Assembly (NCBI GenBank): GCA_965227295.1
Contig: OZ245742.1
Coordinates: 5,376,001-5,440,000 of the forward strand
From: Leptonemataceae bacterium
GTDB lineage: Bacteria; Spirochaetota; Leptospiria; Leptospirales; Leptonemataceae
Length of the DNA: 64,000 nt
Reading direction: 5' to 3'
The notes under the pieces are model-generated. The model ran no database searches and was not told where the DNA came from. It saw nothing but the letters and a program-made list of their open reading frames with translations. This document shows, one piece after another, positions 50,227 to 59,988 of this stretch. Each line of letters begins with the position of its first letter. The first letter of the stretch is position 1. Made by a program: the position numbers and the translations under genes.

Positions 50227-51467
50227 TTCGACGGTGCTTTTCCGCTGTCGTCTGGCGGCTCTTCGTCCCGTTTTACAAGTTTGCCGTCTTTGAATTCACC
50301 GCGGGTCACCGAGCCGTTCGCCCGGGTGAGCACGCCGGGGCCGTTGAACTTGCCGGCCCGGAAGCGGCCCTCGTAAACCGTCCCGCTCTTGAAATGATAC
50401 TCGCCTTCGCCGTGGGGCTGGCCGTTCTTCAGTTCGCCTTTGTACTCCGTACCGTCGTCGAACTTAAGATGCCCGCGACCCTGGTACTCTCCGGCGACGA
50501 ACTCACCACTGTAGACGAACTTGCCGGGAGATTCCAGTTCGCCCTCGCCGTGAAACGAACCGTTGCGAAAGGAACCGGAGTACTTGCGACCATCGGCCCA
50601 GGTCAGTTCACCGGAACCGTGAAAGCGGCCGTTGCGAAAGGAGCCGGCGTAGACGGCGCCGTCTTTCCAGCGGTACCGGCCCTCGCCGGAAAACCGGCCG
50701 TCGTTGAAGCCACCCTCATAACGATTCCCGGAAGCGTAGCGCACCTGGCCCTGGCCGTCAGGCCGGCCGTTGCGATAGTCGCCGGTGTATTGTAGACCGC
50801 GGCGCTCAAACCGGCCGCGACCTTCGGGACGACCGTCGCGAACCGGCCCGCGATACGTTCCGCCCCGCGCGTAACGAATAACGGCCGGACCGTTCAGGCG
50901 GCCGGCCTGCCACGTGCCTTCGAAGACATCGCCGGCATTGTTGCGCGCTTTGCCGCGGCCCTCGGCTTCGCCCTCCACGAATGTTCCTTCGAAGAAAGCA
51001 CGCCCCGGAAAGTTGATGCGGCCGCGACCGTGGAACCGGCCGTTTTCCCAGTTGCCGCGATAGGTGGTGCCGTTGGCCCAACGACGTTCCCCGTTGCCGT
51101 GCATGCGTCCACTGGAGAAGCCACCTTTGTACGAGCCGCCGTCCGCCAGTTGCAGCGATCCTTTGCCGTGCATGAGGCCGTTCTGCCATCCGCCGCGGTA
51201 CTCGGTGCCGCCAGGGAAACGCATGGTGCCTTCCCCGCTCTCACAATCGCCGGCGATGCAGCCGATCTCCGGCTCCGGCTCGGTTTGCGACGATGAGGAA
51301 GATTCCGCCTGGGCAGAGAGCGGACCGCGGCCGACATGCGGCGACGCCAGGACGAGCCCCAGCCCCAGAAGAAAGATCGCAGCCCGCAAGCCGTAACCGG
51401 GAATCAAGGCCGCCGCGCTAAAAGTCGCCGAGGATTTCTTTGCGGCGTGTCTCGTATTCCTCTTCAT
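50223..51467 (-). CDS. MORN repeat protein
   Basis: GCIAGDC followed by many Y.G.F/W.NG..HG.G repeats. Confidence 0.93.
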   Translation of the reverse strand: MKRNTRHAAKKSSATFSAAALIPGYGLRAAIFLLGLGLVLASPHVGRGPLSAQAESSSSSQTEPEPEIGCIAGDCESGEGTMRFPGGTEYRGGWQNGLMHGKGSLQLADGGSYKGGFSSGRMHGNGERRWANGTTYRGNWENGRFHGRGRINFPGRAFFEGTFVEGEAEGRGKARNNAGDVFEGTWQAGRLNGPAVIRYARGGTYRGPVRDGRPEGRGRFERRGLQYTGDYRNGRPDGQGQVRYASGNRYEGGFNDGRFSGEGRYRWKDGAVYAGSFRNGRFHGSGELTWADGRKYSGSFRNGSFHGEGELESPGKFVYSGEFVAGEYQGRGHLKFDDGTEYKGELKNGQPHGEGEYHFKSGTVYEGRFRAGKFNGPGVLTRANGSVTRGEFKDGKLVKRDEEPPDDSGKAPSN

Positions 51468-52284
51468 TGATGAGACCTTCGTCGAAAGCACGTTTGAGTT
51501 CTCTCAGCCGCTCGGTGGGCGACGCCGGTTCGTCCTTCCTCGCATCGCCCTCGTTTTCGTCAACGACGGTAGCCGCTCCGTCTACGTCTTTCGGCTCCTC
51601 TTCTTCTTTCACCGGATGAAAACGCACGGTATCAAAGTTATCTCGTGGAATGACGGCCCAGGTGAGATGAGTATAACCGCGAATTTTTTTGAGATGATAC
51701 TGTTCTCCCGGAATGATCTCCAGGTTCGGATAGGCCTCGCGCATGTTGAGCGGGGGGACATCGGTCCAATCGTCCTCAATGAGGAACTCGTTGCGCGGTA
51801 CCTGCGTGCGAATCTCACCGAAGACTGCGTGCAGTCCCTCGTCGTCCACCCAGAGGAGGGCCGTATTGCGCTCCATGCGACTCAGCACGGAACGATCCAC
51901 GTCGTAGCGCGAGACAATGAACAGACGGTAGCCTTCTTTGAGATTGGCCGCGGCCTCCGCGATGGCCGGCGCAATCAGCCGGATCTCTTCTTCGTAGAAG
52001 ACCCGGCCGCGGGTTTCCCCCCACGCACTCATGCGGCGGTACTCCAGATTTCCGAGTAGATCCACGATGCGATCGGCGTCCCAATCCGGGAAGGACTGCA
52101 CGAGACCAAGCTCCCCCCGCACCGGTTCTTCCGGGAATTCCTGCGCGGAGATGCGATAGATGGCCACGTTCTGACGGTAGAGGACGGGCTCGCGAGTATA
52201 AAAGGCCGAACAGCCACCGAGCATTACGGTGAGGAGCGCCAGGACGATCGCCCGGCGAAAGAGCGACGGAATACGGTTCATCAT
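51418..52284 (-). CDS. Lipoprotein with C-terminal SHOCT domain (Leptospira-type)
   Basis: Lipobox [32 protein letters not shown]. Confidence 0.8.
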   Translation of the reverse strand: MMNRIPSLFRRAIVLALLTVMLGGCSAFYTREPVLYRQNVAIYRISAQEFPEEPVRGELGLVQSFPDWDADRIVDLLGNLEYRRMSAWGETRGRVFYEEEIRLIAPAIAEAAANLKEGYRLFIVSRYDVDRSVLSRMERNTALLWVDDEGLHAVFGEIRTQVPRNEFLIEDDWTDVPPLNMREAYPNLEIIPGEQYHLKKIRGYTHLTWAVIPRDNFDTVRFHPVKEEEEPKDVDGAATVVDENEGDARKDEPASPTERLRELKRAFDEGLINEEEYETRRKEILGDF

Positions 52285-52328
52285 TAGAAAATCGGTCCGC
52301 GCTGGAAGCAATCTTGAGCCCCCGCCGA

Positions 52329-52673
52329 TCAGGAAAAGATTTCCGGGAAACTCGATCGGGCCTCGTCCTCTTCGAGGAGGACGAAGATCTTCAGCAGGCC
52401 GGCCAGCTTAAATACGGAGAGTAATGATTTGCTAAGCCCGAAGATGTAGAACGAGCCTTCGCGCTGTTTGAGGATGTGGGCGCACTTCAGAAGCATGCCG
52501 ACCCCGGAACTGTCCACGAATCGAATGTTACTGAAATCGACGACGACCGTGGTGTGGTCGTCCCGCAGCGTTTCCTGAAATACTTCGTAGAACTCCGGCG
52601 CGTTCTCCATTTTCAGATCCGCGCTGAGCCGGAGGACGAGCGTACCTTTTTGCGAACTTATGACTTTGAACAT
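52329..52673 (-). CDS. STAS domain protein
   Basis: VVDFSNIRFVDSSGVG, VFKLAGL. Confidence 0.9.
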   Translation of the reverse strand: MFKVISSQKGTLVLRLSADLKMENAPEFYEVFQETLRDDHTTVVVDFSNIRFVDSSGVGMLLKCAHILKQREGSFYIFGLSKSLLSVFKLAGLLKIFVLLEEDEARSSFPEIFS

Positions 52674-52737
52674 CGTCCGCCCATGCCTGCCGCACCGTTG
52701 TAATCGACATTGCGGGCAAGGTCAATAGCAAAATACG

Positions 52738-52938
52738 CTACGGTTCAACGAGTTCGTCGGGCTGGACGCCGGTCAGAAGATGCGGGTTCCCCTCACGATC
52801 GATGTACTGAACCGTAACGCCCCCGGCGCCCAGTTCCTTGATCTCCACCGATTGTCCCTGAAACACGAAGATACCGTTGTGCAGAAAGGTCGGCCGGTTG
52901 AGTGACTTGCGATCGCCGATCTTGAGGTCCGCGCTCAC
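52738..52938 (-). CDS. Small hypothetical protein (66 aa, beta-rich)
   Basis: GTGA overlap with the upstream gene; typical codon bias. Confidence 0.6.
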   Translation of the reverse strand: MSADLKIGDRKSLNRPTFLHNGIFVFQGQSVEIKELGAGGVTVQYIDREGNPHLLTGVQPDELVEP

Positions 52939-53759
52939 GCCTGGGCCCCCGAAGGGCCGGCCACGGCGTCCGCCTGCACCTCGCCTTTTTCGATGTAGGC
53001 GTCCTTGCCGGCCTGCTGCATCACATCGAAGAGATGCACATGCCGCGGGTCGAGGCGCGTGCCGATGTCGTAGTAGGCGCCGTCGAACTTCGCGCCGTCC
53101 ACGTGCGTACCGGTAAGCTTCGCCCAGCGCAAGTCGGAGCCGCGAAAATCGGCGTCCCGAAGGTCGCTGTTATTCAAAAAAGCTCCGCGCAGACGCGCGT
53201 TGCTGAGATTCGCACCGACAAACTTGCAGTTGATGAGATAGGCGTGGCTGAGGTCTGCGCCCTCGAAATCGACGTTGCTGAAGTCCTCGCCTTCGAGGAT
53301 GACCTGTTTGAGTTTTTCGTTCCGAAGATGGCCCTGCTCTTTCAATTTTTCCAGGGCGTAGGCGCGGGAGACCTGGTCGTCCGGCTGGATGCCGGTGCCG
53401 TTGCGATAGTCGGCCATGGCTTTTTGAAGGGCCTCGACCGCGGAGTCCGGGTAGTTCTTGCGGCGCTCCGGAAACTCGAACATATCTTCGATTTTTTCGG
53501 CGCTGATGGCCTCGGCCTCGGTGACGCTCTTGCCCTTCACCCACTCGGTGGCCATGGCCAGGGCGACCAGACCGAAGCCGCAGCCCGTGGTGGTGTAGCT
53601 CGCGTCGGTGACGACATCGTCTTCGATTTTGAGATACAGGCGGTATCCGTCTCCACAGCCCGTGTTCCGGTACGAGGAGACGACGCTCGCTCCTTCCATC
53701 TCACGATAGTTGAGACGCTCGTCGTTGATCTGCTTAAATCTTTCGAAGTCCATCGCCAT
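52935..53759 (-). CDS. NifU-N/IscU-like domain fused to pentapeptide repeats
   Basis: NTGCGD, TTGCG, EWVKGKS..EA; A(D/N)L/F pentapeptide repeats. Confidence 0.85.
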   Translation of the reverse strand: MAMDFERFKQINDERLNYREMEGASVVSSYRNTGCGDGYRLYLKIEDDVVTDASYTTTGCGFGLVALAMATEWVKGKSVTEAEAISAEKIEDMFEFPERRKNYPDSAVEALQKAMADYRNGTGIQPDDQVSRAYALEKLKEQGHLRNEKLKQVILEGEDFSNVDFEGADLSHAYLINCKFVGANLSNARLRGAFLNNSDLRDADFRGSDLRWAKLTGTHVDGAKFDGAYYDIGTRLDPRHVHLFDVMQQAGKDAYIEKGEVQADAVAGPSGAQA

Positions 53760-53832
53760 AGCTGCTAAGGTAAGCCCGCCGGGGAACGGCGTCAAGCCTG
53801 CCTTGGCCCGTTCGACTCCGACTTTCCGAACT

Positions 53833-55434
53833 TCACTGAGACGTAATCGTCGGTGCGCTGAAGCTGTGCAGGCCGTGGACGGAGCCCTGGGCCTGGGCGC
53901 TCACCGTGCGTTTCTCAAAGCGCAGGCGTCCCGTGGCCAGGCGTTCGTGCAGTTCCGGAATGGAGCGGATGCCCATGTCCTGAAAGCTGAGCCGCAGGCC
54001 CTGCATGAGGTATGGGACGTAGCTGAACATCGAGCCCTTGTCAACGACGGCCCCGCTCACGCCCTGGGCCACCTTGACGTCCAGGTCCTCGGAGAAGTAG
54101 CGCTTCTTACCGCCGGCCTCCATGGCCTCCAGAGACGCCATGCCGCGGTAACGCTTGAGGCGGACGCCGTTTTCGTAGAAGTACTCGCCCGGGGCTTCGT
54201 GGGTGCCGGCGAACATGGAACCCATCATGGTGGAGGATGCGCCGATGGCGAGAGCGTTCGCAATGTCGCCGATGTTCGAGATGCCGCCGTCGGCCATGAC
54301 GGGGACGCCTTCCTGACGGGCATACTTCGCCGTGTGATAGACCGCCGTGGCCTGGGCCCGGCCCACGGCCATGGTATCCTGGGTGATGCAGATGGAACCC
54401 GGGCCCATGCCGATGCGCAGCGCGTCGGCGCCGGCGCGAATGAGGTTCCGCGACTGGTCCTTGGTTACGACGTTGCCGGCGATGACTTCGACTTGCGGGT
54501 GGTTCTTCTTTAACCAGCGAATCATTTCGATTTGGTAGTGCGAGTTGCCCTGGGCCGAGTCGATGACCACGGCGTCCACTCCGACGCGGGCGAGCTCGTC
54601 CACGCGATCCCGGGCTTCCAGTTGCGTGGATACCGCGGCACCGCAGCGCAGACGCTTCTTGTCGTCTTTCGATGCGTCCGGAAACTCTTTGTGCTTCTTG
54701 AGATCCGAACGGCAGATGAGTGCGACGAGCTGGCCGCGGTCGTTGATGATGGGCAGCTTGCCCTTCTTGGATTGTTTGAGAATGGAGTTCGCTTCTTTGA
54801 GGTTCAGGCCCTCGTGCGCGGTAATGAGCCGTTCGAGCGGCGTCATGACCTGACGCAACAGAATGCTGTCGTCGGATTCGAAGTCCACGTCCCGGTTCGT
54901 AACGATGCCCACGAGTTTCGAATCCCGCGTGCCGTCCTCGGTGATGGGGATGCCGGAGAAACCGTACTTCTGTTTGATGCGATAGATGTGCTCGATGGTG
55001 TGCTCGGGACTGAGGACGATGGGATCGATGATGAAACCGTTCTTGTAACGCTTCACCTTTTCGACCAGGCGCACCTGTTCTTCCAGGCTGTTGTTGTAGT
55101 GGATGATGCCGATGCCGCCCAGAGACGCCATGGCGATGGCCATCTTATCCTCGGTGACCGTGTCCATGGGGGAGGAGACGATGGGTCGCTTGAGCGTGAT
55201 GTGGCGGGTGAGTCGGGTGCTGAGATCGGCCTCGCTGCTGTGGAAGTCGATGTAGCCCGGCAGAACCAGGTAGTCCCGGTACGTGATGCCGGTGCTGCTC
55301 AGTTCGAAGAGCTGTTCGCCGCTGATTCCGTCGAGGGCGTCGTACTCTTCTTCAGGGATCGGATCTTCTGCGTTGCCATCGGTACGCAGCCCCTCCCGGA
55401 ATTGTTGCTCCTGCTGCTCCGTTGTAATCGCCAT
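53833..55434 (-). CDS. guaB: IMP dehydrogenase (with CBS pair)
   Basis: [34 protein letters not shown]. Confidence 0.97.
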   Translation of the reverse strand: MAITTEQQEQQFREGLRTDGNAEDPIPEEEYDALDGISGEQLFELSSTGITYRDYLVLPGYIDFHSSEADLSTRLTRHITLKRPIVSSPMDTVTEDKMAIAMASLGGIGIIHYNNSLEEQVRLVEKVKRYKNGFIIDPIVLSPEHTIEHIYRIKQKYGFSGIPITEDGTRDSKLVGIVTNRDVDFESDDSILLRQVMTPLERLITAHEGLNLKEANSILKQSKKGKLPIINDRGQLVALICRSDLKKHKEFPDASKDDKKRLRCGAAVSTQLEARDRVDELARVGVDAVVIDSAQGNSHYQIEMIRWLKKNHPQVEVIAGNVVTKDQSRNLIRAGADALRIGMGPGSICITQDTMAVGRAQATAVYHTAKYARQEGVPVMADGGISNIGDIANALAIGASSTMMGSMFAGTHEAPGEYFYENGVRLKRYRGMASLEAMEAGGKKRYFSEDLDVKVAQGVSGAVVDKGSMFSYVPYLMQGLRLSFQDMGIRSIPELHERLATGRLRFEKRTVSAQAQGSVHGLHSFSAPTITSQ

Positions 55435-55528
55435 TTGATCTATCTCCCTACACTTTTTGTCAGTTTTTTCGGCCCGCGTACCCCGGCAAATACTACTCTG
55501 TTGGATGCAGTGTACTCTGATTTGCTTC

Positions 55529-56770
55529 TCAGATCGCGCGTTTTTTGCGCAGTTCCGTCGTTTGTTCGGGGCTGAATCCCAATTCACTTAAGATTTCATC
55601 GGTATGCTCGCCGTGCTCCGGAGGCGCCAGCGGGTAATCACACGGCGTGTCCGAAAATGCGAAGGGCGCGCCGATCTGGAGAATCTCGCCGAGACGCGGG
55701 TGTTGCATTCTGCGGACCATGCCGCGCTCATTCAGTTGGGGGTCCGCGAAAGCCTCCTCGATGCTGTTCACCGGGGCGAGGCAGGTCTCCGGATTCGCGA
55801 AGAGCTCCGACCATTCATCACGGTTGCGTTCGCGAAAGATCTGCTCCAGTTGCGGCTTGATCTTCGCGAGAGCGGCCGCCGTGAGCTCCACTCCGTCCAG
55901 GATTTCCTCGCGGCCGATCTGCCGCAAGAATCCGCGAAAGAAGCGCTCTTCGAGAGCGCCGAGCATGACGTAGCGCCCGTCCTTGCACTCGTAGACATTG
56001 TAGTTCGGCAGGCCGCCGCTCAGGTCCATCTCACCCCGGCGCGGGTTCTCACCGGACGCCATGTACTCGCCGGCGTGGAGGGAAAGAAAACTGAAGGCCC
56101 CGTCCATCATGCTGATGTCGACGAACTGGCCGCGGCCGGTTTTCTCGCGGGCGTAAAGTGCCGCGAGAATGGAAGACAGGGCGATGAGCGTGCCGCCGCC
56201 GATGTCGGCGACCTGGAAGCCCGGAAGCACCGGGGCCCCACCGGCATGGCCCGTGATGTCGAGCAGGCCGGAGTAAGCGATGTAGTTGCCGTCGTGTCCG
56301 GCCAGGCGTTCGTACGGGCCGCTCGCCCCGTACCCGGAGATGGCGCAGTAGATGAGGCGCGGATACTTTTCTTTGAGCTGCGGGTAACCGATGCCCATGG
56401 CTTCCAGCGTGCCCGGCCGAAATCCTTCGAGGAGGATGTCCGCGTCCTCCAGGAGTTTGTGCAACACCTCGCGTCCCTCCGGGCGTTTGATGTTGATGGT
56501 CATAGCGCGCTTGTTGCGGTTCACCATGAGATACAGGCCGCTCTCGTTGTCGTCGTTGCGCTCGCCGGCATTCTTTTGCCCGTCCTTGCCGAGGCGCGCG
56601 CCCATGAGCCGCGTCATGTCCGGCATGCGTGGGTTTTCGATTTTGATGACGTCGGCGCCCATGTCGCCCAGGTGCATGGAACACAGCGGGCCGGGCAATA
56701 GCAGCGAAAGATCGACGACGCGCACGCCGGCCAGCGGGCCGCTGCGCGAGGGGGTTCCGGTATGCGACAT
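55529..56770 (-). CDS. CaiB/BaiF family III CoA-transferase
   Basis: [33 protein letters not shown]. Confidence 0.95.
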   Translation of the reverse strand: MSHTGTPSRSGPLAGVRVVDLSLLLPGPLCSMHLGDMGADVIKIENPRMPDMTRLMGARLGKDGQKNAGERNDDNESGLYLMVNRNKRAMTINIKRPEGREVLHKLLEDADILLEGFRPGTLEAMGIGYPQLKEKYPRLIYCAISGYGASGPYERLAGHDGNYIAYSGLLDITGHAGGAPVLPGFQVADIGGGTLIALSSILAALYAREKTGRGQFVDISMMDGAFSFLSLHAGEYMASGENPRRGEMDLSGGLPNYNVYECKDGRYVMLGALEERFFRGFLRQIGREEILDGVELTAAALAKIKPQLEQIFRERNRDEWSELFANPETCLAPVNSIEEAFADPQLNERGMVRRMQHPRLGEILQIGAPFAFSDTPCDYPLAPPEHGEHTDEILSELGFSPEQTTELRKKRAI

Positions 56771-56916
56771 AACGAATGGCCAGCCTGGCACGGCGGCGCG
56801 CGGTACGTCAAGCCAGTGGGCGCAGGGAAAATGCTTTGATCTCAAAAAACCGTGGAGAACTACGACGATTGGAACTGGAAGTCGGCGCTGGTTTTCGACT
56901 CTTGCGTTAGCGATCT

Positions 56917-58464
56917 TTATTTCGCCGCGCGCTTCTTCGCATTGCGCTTACGAACCACTTTCCCGATCATACTTTGCGGCATCATCTTGCGCAGCGACGG
57001 GTCCTCGAACTTACTGCGCAGGAGCCAGTCTTTCTTAACGTACTTGCGTTGAAACTCTTCGGCGATGGCGATGATTTGATCGAGGTCGCTGGAAATGCGA
57101 ACGTCCTGTTGCAGCGGCTCCTTGCGATGAGCGGAGTAATCGGTGTAACTGAATACATAGGCGGGGTAGTCCGGATCGACTTCGTCTTTGTTCGTCTGCC
57201 ACACCACGAACTTACGCACGGCCTGTCGACCGCGGCTGTACACGAGGCGCAGTAGAATCTGTGACGGCGGATACTCAATGCGCGGGACGGTCGGCTGAAA
57301 ACCGTCGATGAACACAAGGTCCGTGATCTGGGTGATGCGGACGTCCGGATAAACGGCGGACTTATCCTCGCGCATCCGAATGAACGTATTGCGCTGCATG
57401 CTGACGAACGGCACGTTTCGCACGACGCGGTAGGTTTTGTAGGTTTCGTGCTCGTACTCCAGCAACATGCGCAGATACGGCCGGCCGCCGCTGCGTTTCG
57501 TGAGAATGTCATCGCTGTTGAACTCAATGACGATGCGCGGCTCCACCATGTGATAGGCCGACTGCTGCGAATCCACGTGCACGTACCCGGAATTGATCTC
57601 CAGCTTTCGTAGCCGGTCGTAAAGTTCGCGGCGTTCGTCGTCACTGAATCCGTCGGAGACGCGCGTTAGAATCTGGAACGTGCCGTCTTCGCGCATGAGC
57701 GCGGTGAGTACCGAAGCGACGCGGCCCTGCCCCCGCGCGTCCGTGAACGCTTTGTAACCGACGATCACCGCATCCACACGATGCTCCGCCTTGAACTTGT
57801 AGCGGAACGGCAGATCGCTGCGAATCATTACGCCTTCGGCGCCGAATTCGCGGACCTGGCGCTCGTAGTACTGTAAGATGTCGCCGCGATCTTCGCTGAC
57901 GATCGTTTCCACGGGCGGCACCGGAGTTCCGGCAAAGAGAGTCTGCAGGCGTTCGTAAACCTGATCGTAGTCGTCGAAGTACTCGCCGTCCAGTTCAATG
58001 ATATCGAACGGAGCAAACCAGAGTTGCTCCAGATCTTTCGCGGTCTCCGGCCGGGACGTCAGTCGAATCACGTCGAAGATGCGCGTACGGTTGCCGTCCT
58101 CGCGCAGGACGATGAGTTCGCCCGGGATCAGGGCCGTGCGCACGCCGGCACGTTTCAAGATTTCCGCGGCCGTGTCGATGACAGGCAGGCCAATGTAAAC
58201 CGCGCCGCTCGGTCGAATCAAACAAGCGTTGCCGCGCTCGTAATACAATATGCTGTGCTCGCCGTCCATCTTGCGCGAGACGTAGAAGCGCGAGCCCGGC
58301 AGCCGGGGGACATCGCCCGCGTTGATCGAAGTGAATCGTGCGGCGACCTTTTCTTTATAGTCGCGCACCATGCGCAGCAGGTTCGGCTCAATGCTCTCCC
58401 GCGGGAGAATGTGAAAGTCTCCCAGGATGCGTCGCGCGATGGATGGATCGAGGTGAATCCTCAC
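56917..58464 (-). CDS. ATP-dependent DNA ligase-like protein with extra C-terminal domain
   Basis: Motif I RKMDG, III GEL, IIIa FDII, IV EGVMIR, V KFK, OB domain (DAVIVGY, V.DGFSDDER, EPRIVIEF), VI FIRMREDK. Confidence 0.85.
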   Translation of the reverse strand: MRIHLDPSIARRILGDFHILPRESIEPNLLRMVRDYKEKVAARFTSINAGDVPRLPGSRFYVSRKMDGEHSILYYERGNACLIRPSGAVYIGLPVIDTAAEILKRAGVRTALIPGELIVLREDGNRTRIFDVIRLTSRPETAKDLEQLWFAPFDIIELDGEYFDDYDQVYERLQTLFAGTPVPPVETIVSEDRGDILQYYERQVREFGAEGVMIRSDLPFRYKFKAEHRVDAVIVGYKAFTDARGQGRVASVLTALMREDGTFQILTRVSDGFSDDERRELYDRLRKLEINSGYVHVDSQQSAYHMVEPRIVIEFNSDDILTKRSGGRPYLRMLLEYEHETYKTYRVVRNVPFVSMQRNTFIRMREDKSAVYPDVRITQITDLVFIDGFQPTVPRIEYPPSQILLRLVYSRGRQAVRKFVVWQTNKDEVDPDYPAYVFSYTDYSAHRKEPLQQDVRISSDLDQIIAIAEEFQRKYVKKDWLLRSKFEDPSLRKMMPQSMIGKVVRKRNAKKRAAK

Positions 58465-59162
58465 GTTAGATCTTTCAACTCCAGGTTCGAAAGATGCAGC
58501 GCGAGGCGATAGGCGCGCCCGCGAACGCGTCCTTCAAGGAACGCACGGTACGGCAGGCCGCCGCGACTGAGCACCAGCGGCTCGTCTCCGCCGGGACCGC
58601 CGCCCAGAACCATGAAGGCGTTGCGTTGCTGAAGGTCCCGGGCCATGCCGTAGAGAAAGTCGTAGGTCAGGCCGTTGACGTGGCTTAACTGATACACACG
58701 AGAACTTACGAACATCGTGACGGCCTGGTCTTTCGAAAGATAACGTCCCGTCCACAGCACGGGGATTTCCGCGGAGATGTTGGCTTCGAGGGGCAGCCAC
58801 TCCCGGCGGCCCTGCTCGTTGCCGTCCGGGCCGTACTCGACTTCCTGCCAGCGGACCTGGTAAGCGATGTCCCCACCGGACTTGAGAAAGATGCGCCGGG
58901 TGTTCCGTACGATGCGGCCCGTGATCTCGAAATCGATCTCCGGGTCCTCGCGAATCAGAGCTTCGGCGACGTGTTCGGGACCGCCGGCTTCCGCGACGAT
59001 GCGTTCGTAACCGGTGGTCGCCGTGCTCTTCACGTAACGTACGGCTTGCGCCTGGTTTCCGGAGGCGTCCTGAAACGACGGGGCTTCCGCCTCAACCGGG
59101 GCGCGCTCCAGACCGACCAGTGCGTCACGGCGCTGATGATCGCTAAGATTGATTGATCGCAT
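58461..59162 (-). CDS. Hypothetical protein, putative diverged Ku-core-like
   Basis: Coupled to the ligase (GTGA overlap); VRYVK, YQL....TYDFLY.MARDL pattern resembles the Ku core. The ORF is secure; the fold is inferred. Confidence 0.55.
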   Translation of the reverse strand: MRSINLSDHQRRDALVGLERAPVEAEAPSFQDASGNQAQAVRYVKSTATTGYERIVAEAGGPEHVAEALIREDPEIDFEITGRIVRNTRRIFLKSGGDIAYQVRWQEVEYGPDGNEQGRREWLPLEANISAEIPVLWTGRYLSKDQAVTMFVSSRVYQLSHVNGLTYDFLYGMARDLQQRNAFMVLGGGPGGDEPLVLSRGGLPYRAFLEGRVRGRAYRLALHLSNLELKDLT

Positions 59163-59163
59163 A

Positions 59164-59802
59164 TTAAGAATCGTCTCCGGTTCCGCGCGAATGTCTTCCG
59201 GAACGTTGCATGGAAAAATCGAGGTCTTGCTCGCCCGGATCTTCGAATTCGTCGATGCGGCCGGTGTCCGCCCGTTCGAGGAAGTCCAGTTGTACGCGTC
59301 GACCGGTGACGAGAAAGAGTCGGCCCCGCGCGGGAATCAAGAATCCGGTCTCCGGCGAATGTCCCCCGCGGTACGAGAAGGGAAAACCGTAGAGTTCCTC
59401 ATGATCGCCGAGGGCCTCTGTTAATTCCGGAAGCGCCTCGCCGCGCAGAACATACACGGACGAAATCTCGTGATCATAATACTCATCGAGACCGAAGCGT
59501 TCCTGCAACACGATGGGTGCGTGAAACGCAGACGGCACTTCCGGTAACGGCCGGCCTGCGGCATCGACGGCGCTGAGCTCCGTGGGAGACAGCCACTGTC
59601 CGGCCTCGTTCAGATAACCGCTGCCCGTAGAACGAATCACGGTGGAGCCGTGATCATCGACGGCGGCCGGCTGTAGTTCACTACCGTAGTTGTCGACGGG
59701 CAGCCGTTCGCTGCGACCATAGAGCCGCGGCCGATCGATCTTCGCCGGCTGCAACGCAAACTCGCGGCCGTCGTGCAACTGGAATGTGAGAGTGCGGGGC
59801 AT
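59164..59802 (-). CDS. Hypothetical protein, putative diverged Ku-core-like
   Basis: GYLNEAGQWL..TEL, I...E....E......VYVL, LTEAL, FSYRG patterns resemble the Ku core; 1-nt gap to the next gene; alternative start at 59841. Confidence 0.6.
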   Translation of the reverse strand: MPRTLTFQLHDGREFALQPAKIDRPRLYGRSERLPVDNYGSELQPAAVDDHGSTVIRSTGSGYLNEAGQWLSPTELSAVDAAGRPLPEVPSAFHAPIVLQERFGLDEYYDHEISSVYVLRGEALPELTEALGDHEELYGFPFSYRGGHSPETGFLIPARGRLFLVTGRRVQLDFLERADTGRIDEFEDPGEQDLDFSMQRSGRHSRGTGDDS

Positions 59803-59988
59803 CGCAGGGGAACTCTCGCGCAAGAACGCGATTTCTTCCATTAATAAACTACAAAAATGATCGGCACGGCGACCGTCCCGGGCAAGCCTGGAAGCGTGGG
59901 TCTCTCGATTTTTCTCGGCGACCGCATTACCGAGGGCCGGCTGCGTCCCGCGGATCGCGGGACGTTACCGAAGCGAATCTGCGCACAC

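Noticed and set aside
50300..51260. Repetitive DNA that might be a CRISPR or tandem array
   Set aside because: Explained by protein-level MORN repeats; no identical repeats with unique spacers
53710..56701. Long plus-strand ORFs antisense to guaB and caiB (similar ones elsewhere, e.g. 61076..62293, 17865..19223)
   Set aside because: Expected antisense or alternate frames in high-GC coding DNA; no motifs
56917..58464. Calling the ligase LigD, an RNA ligase or a capping enzyme
   Set aside because: No polymerase or phosphoesterase domain is visible, and the OB domain and motif VI resemble ATP-dependent DNA ligases. The substrate remains untested.
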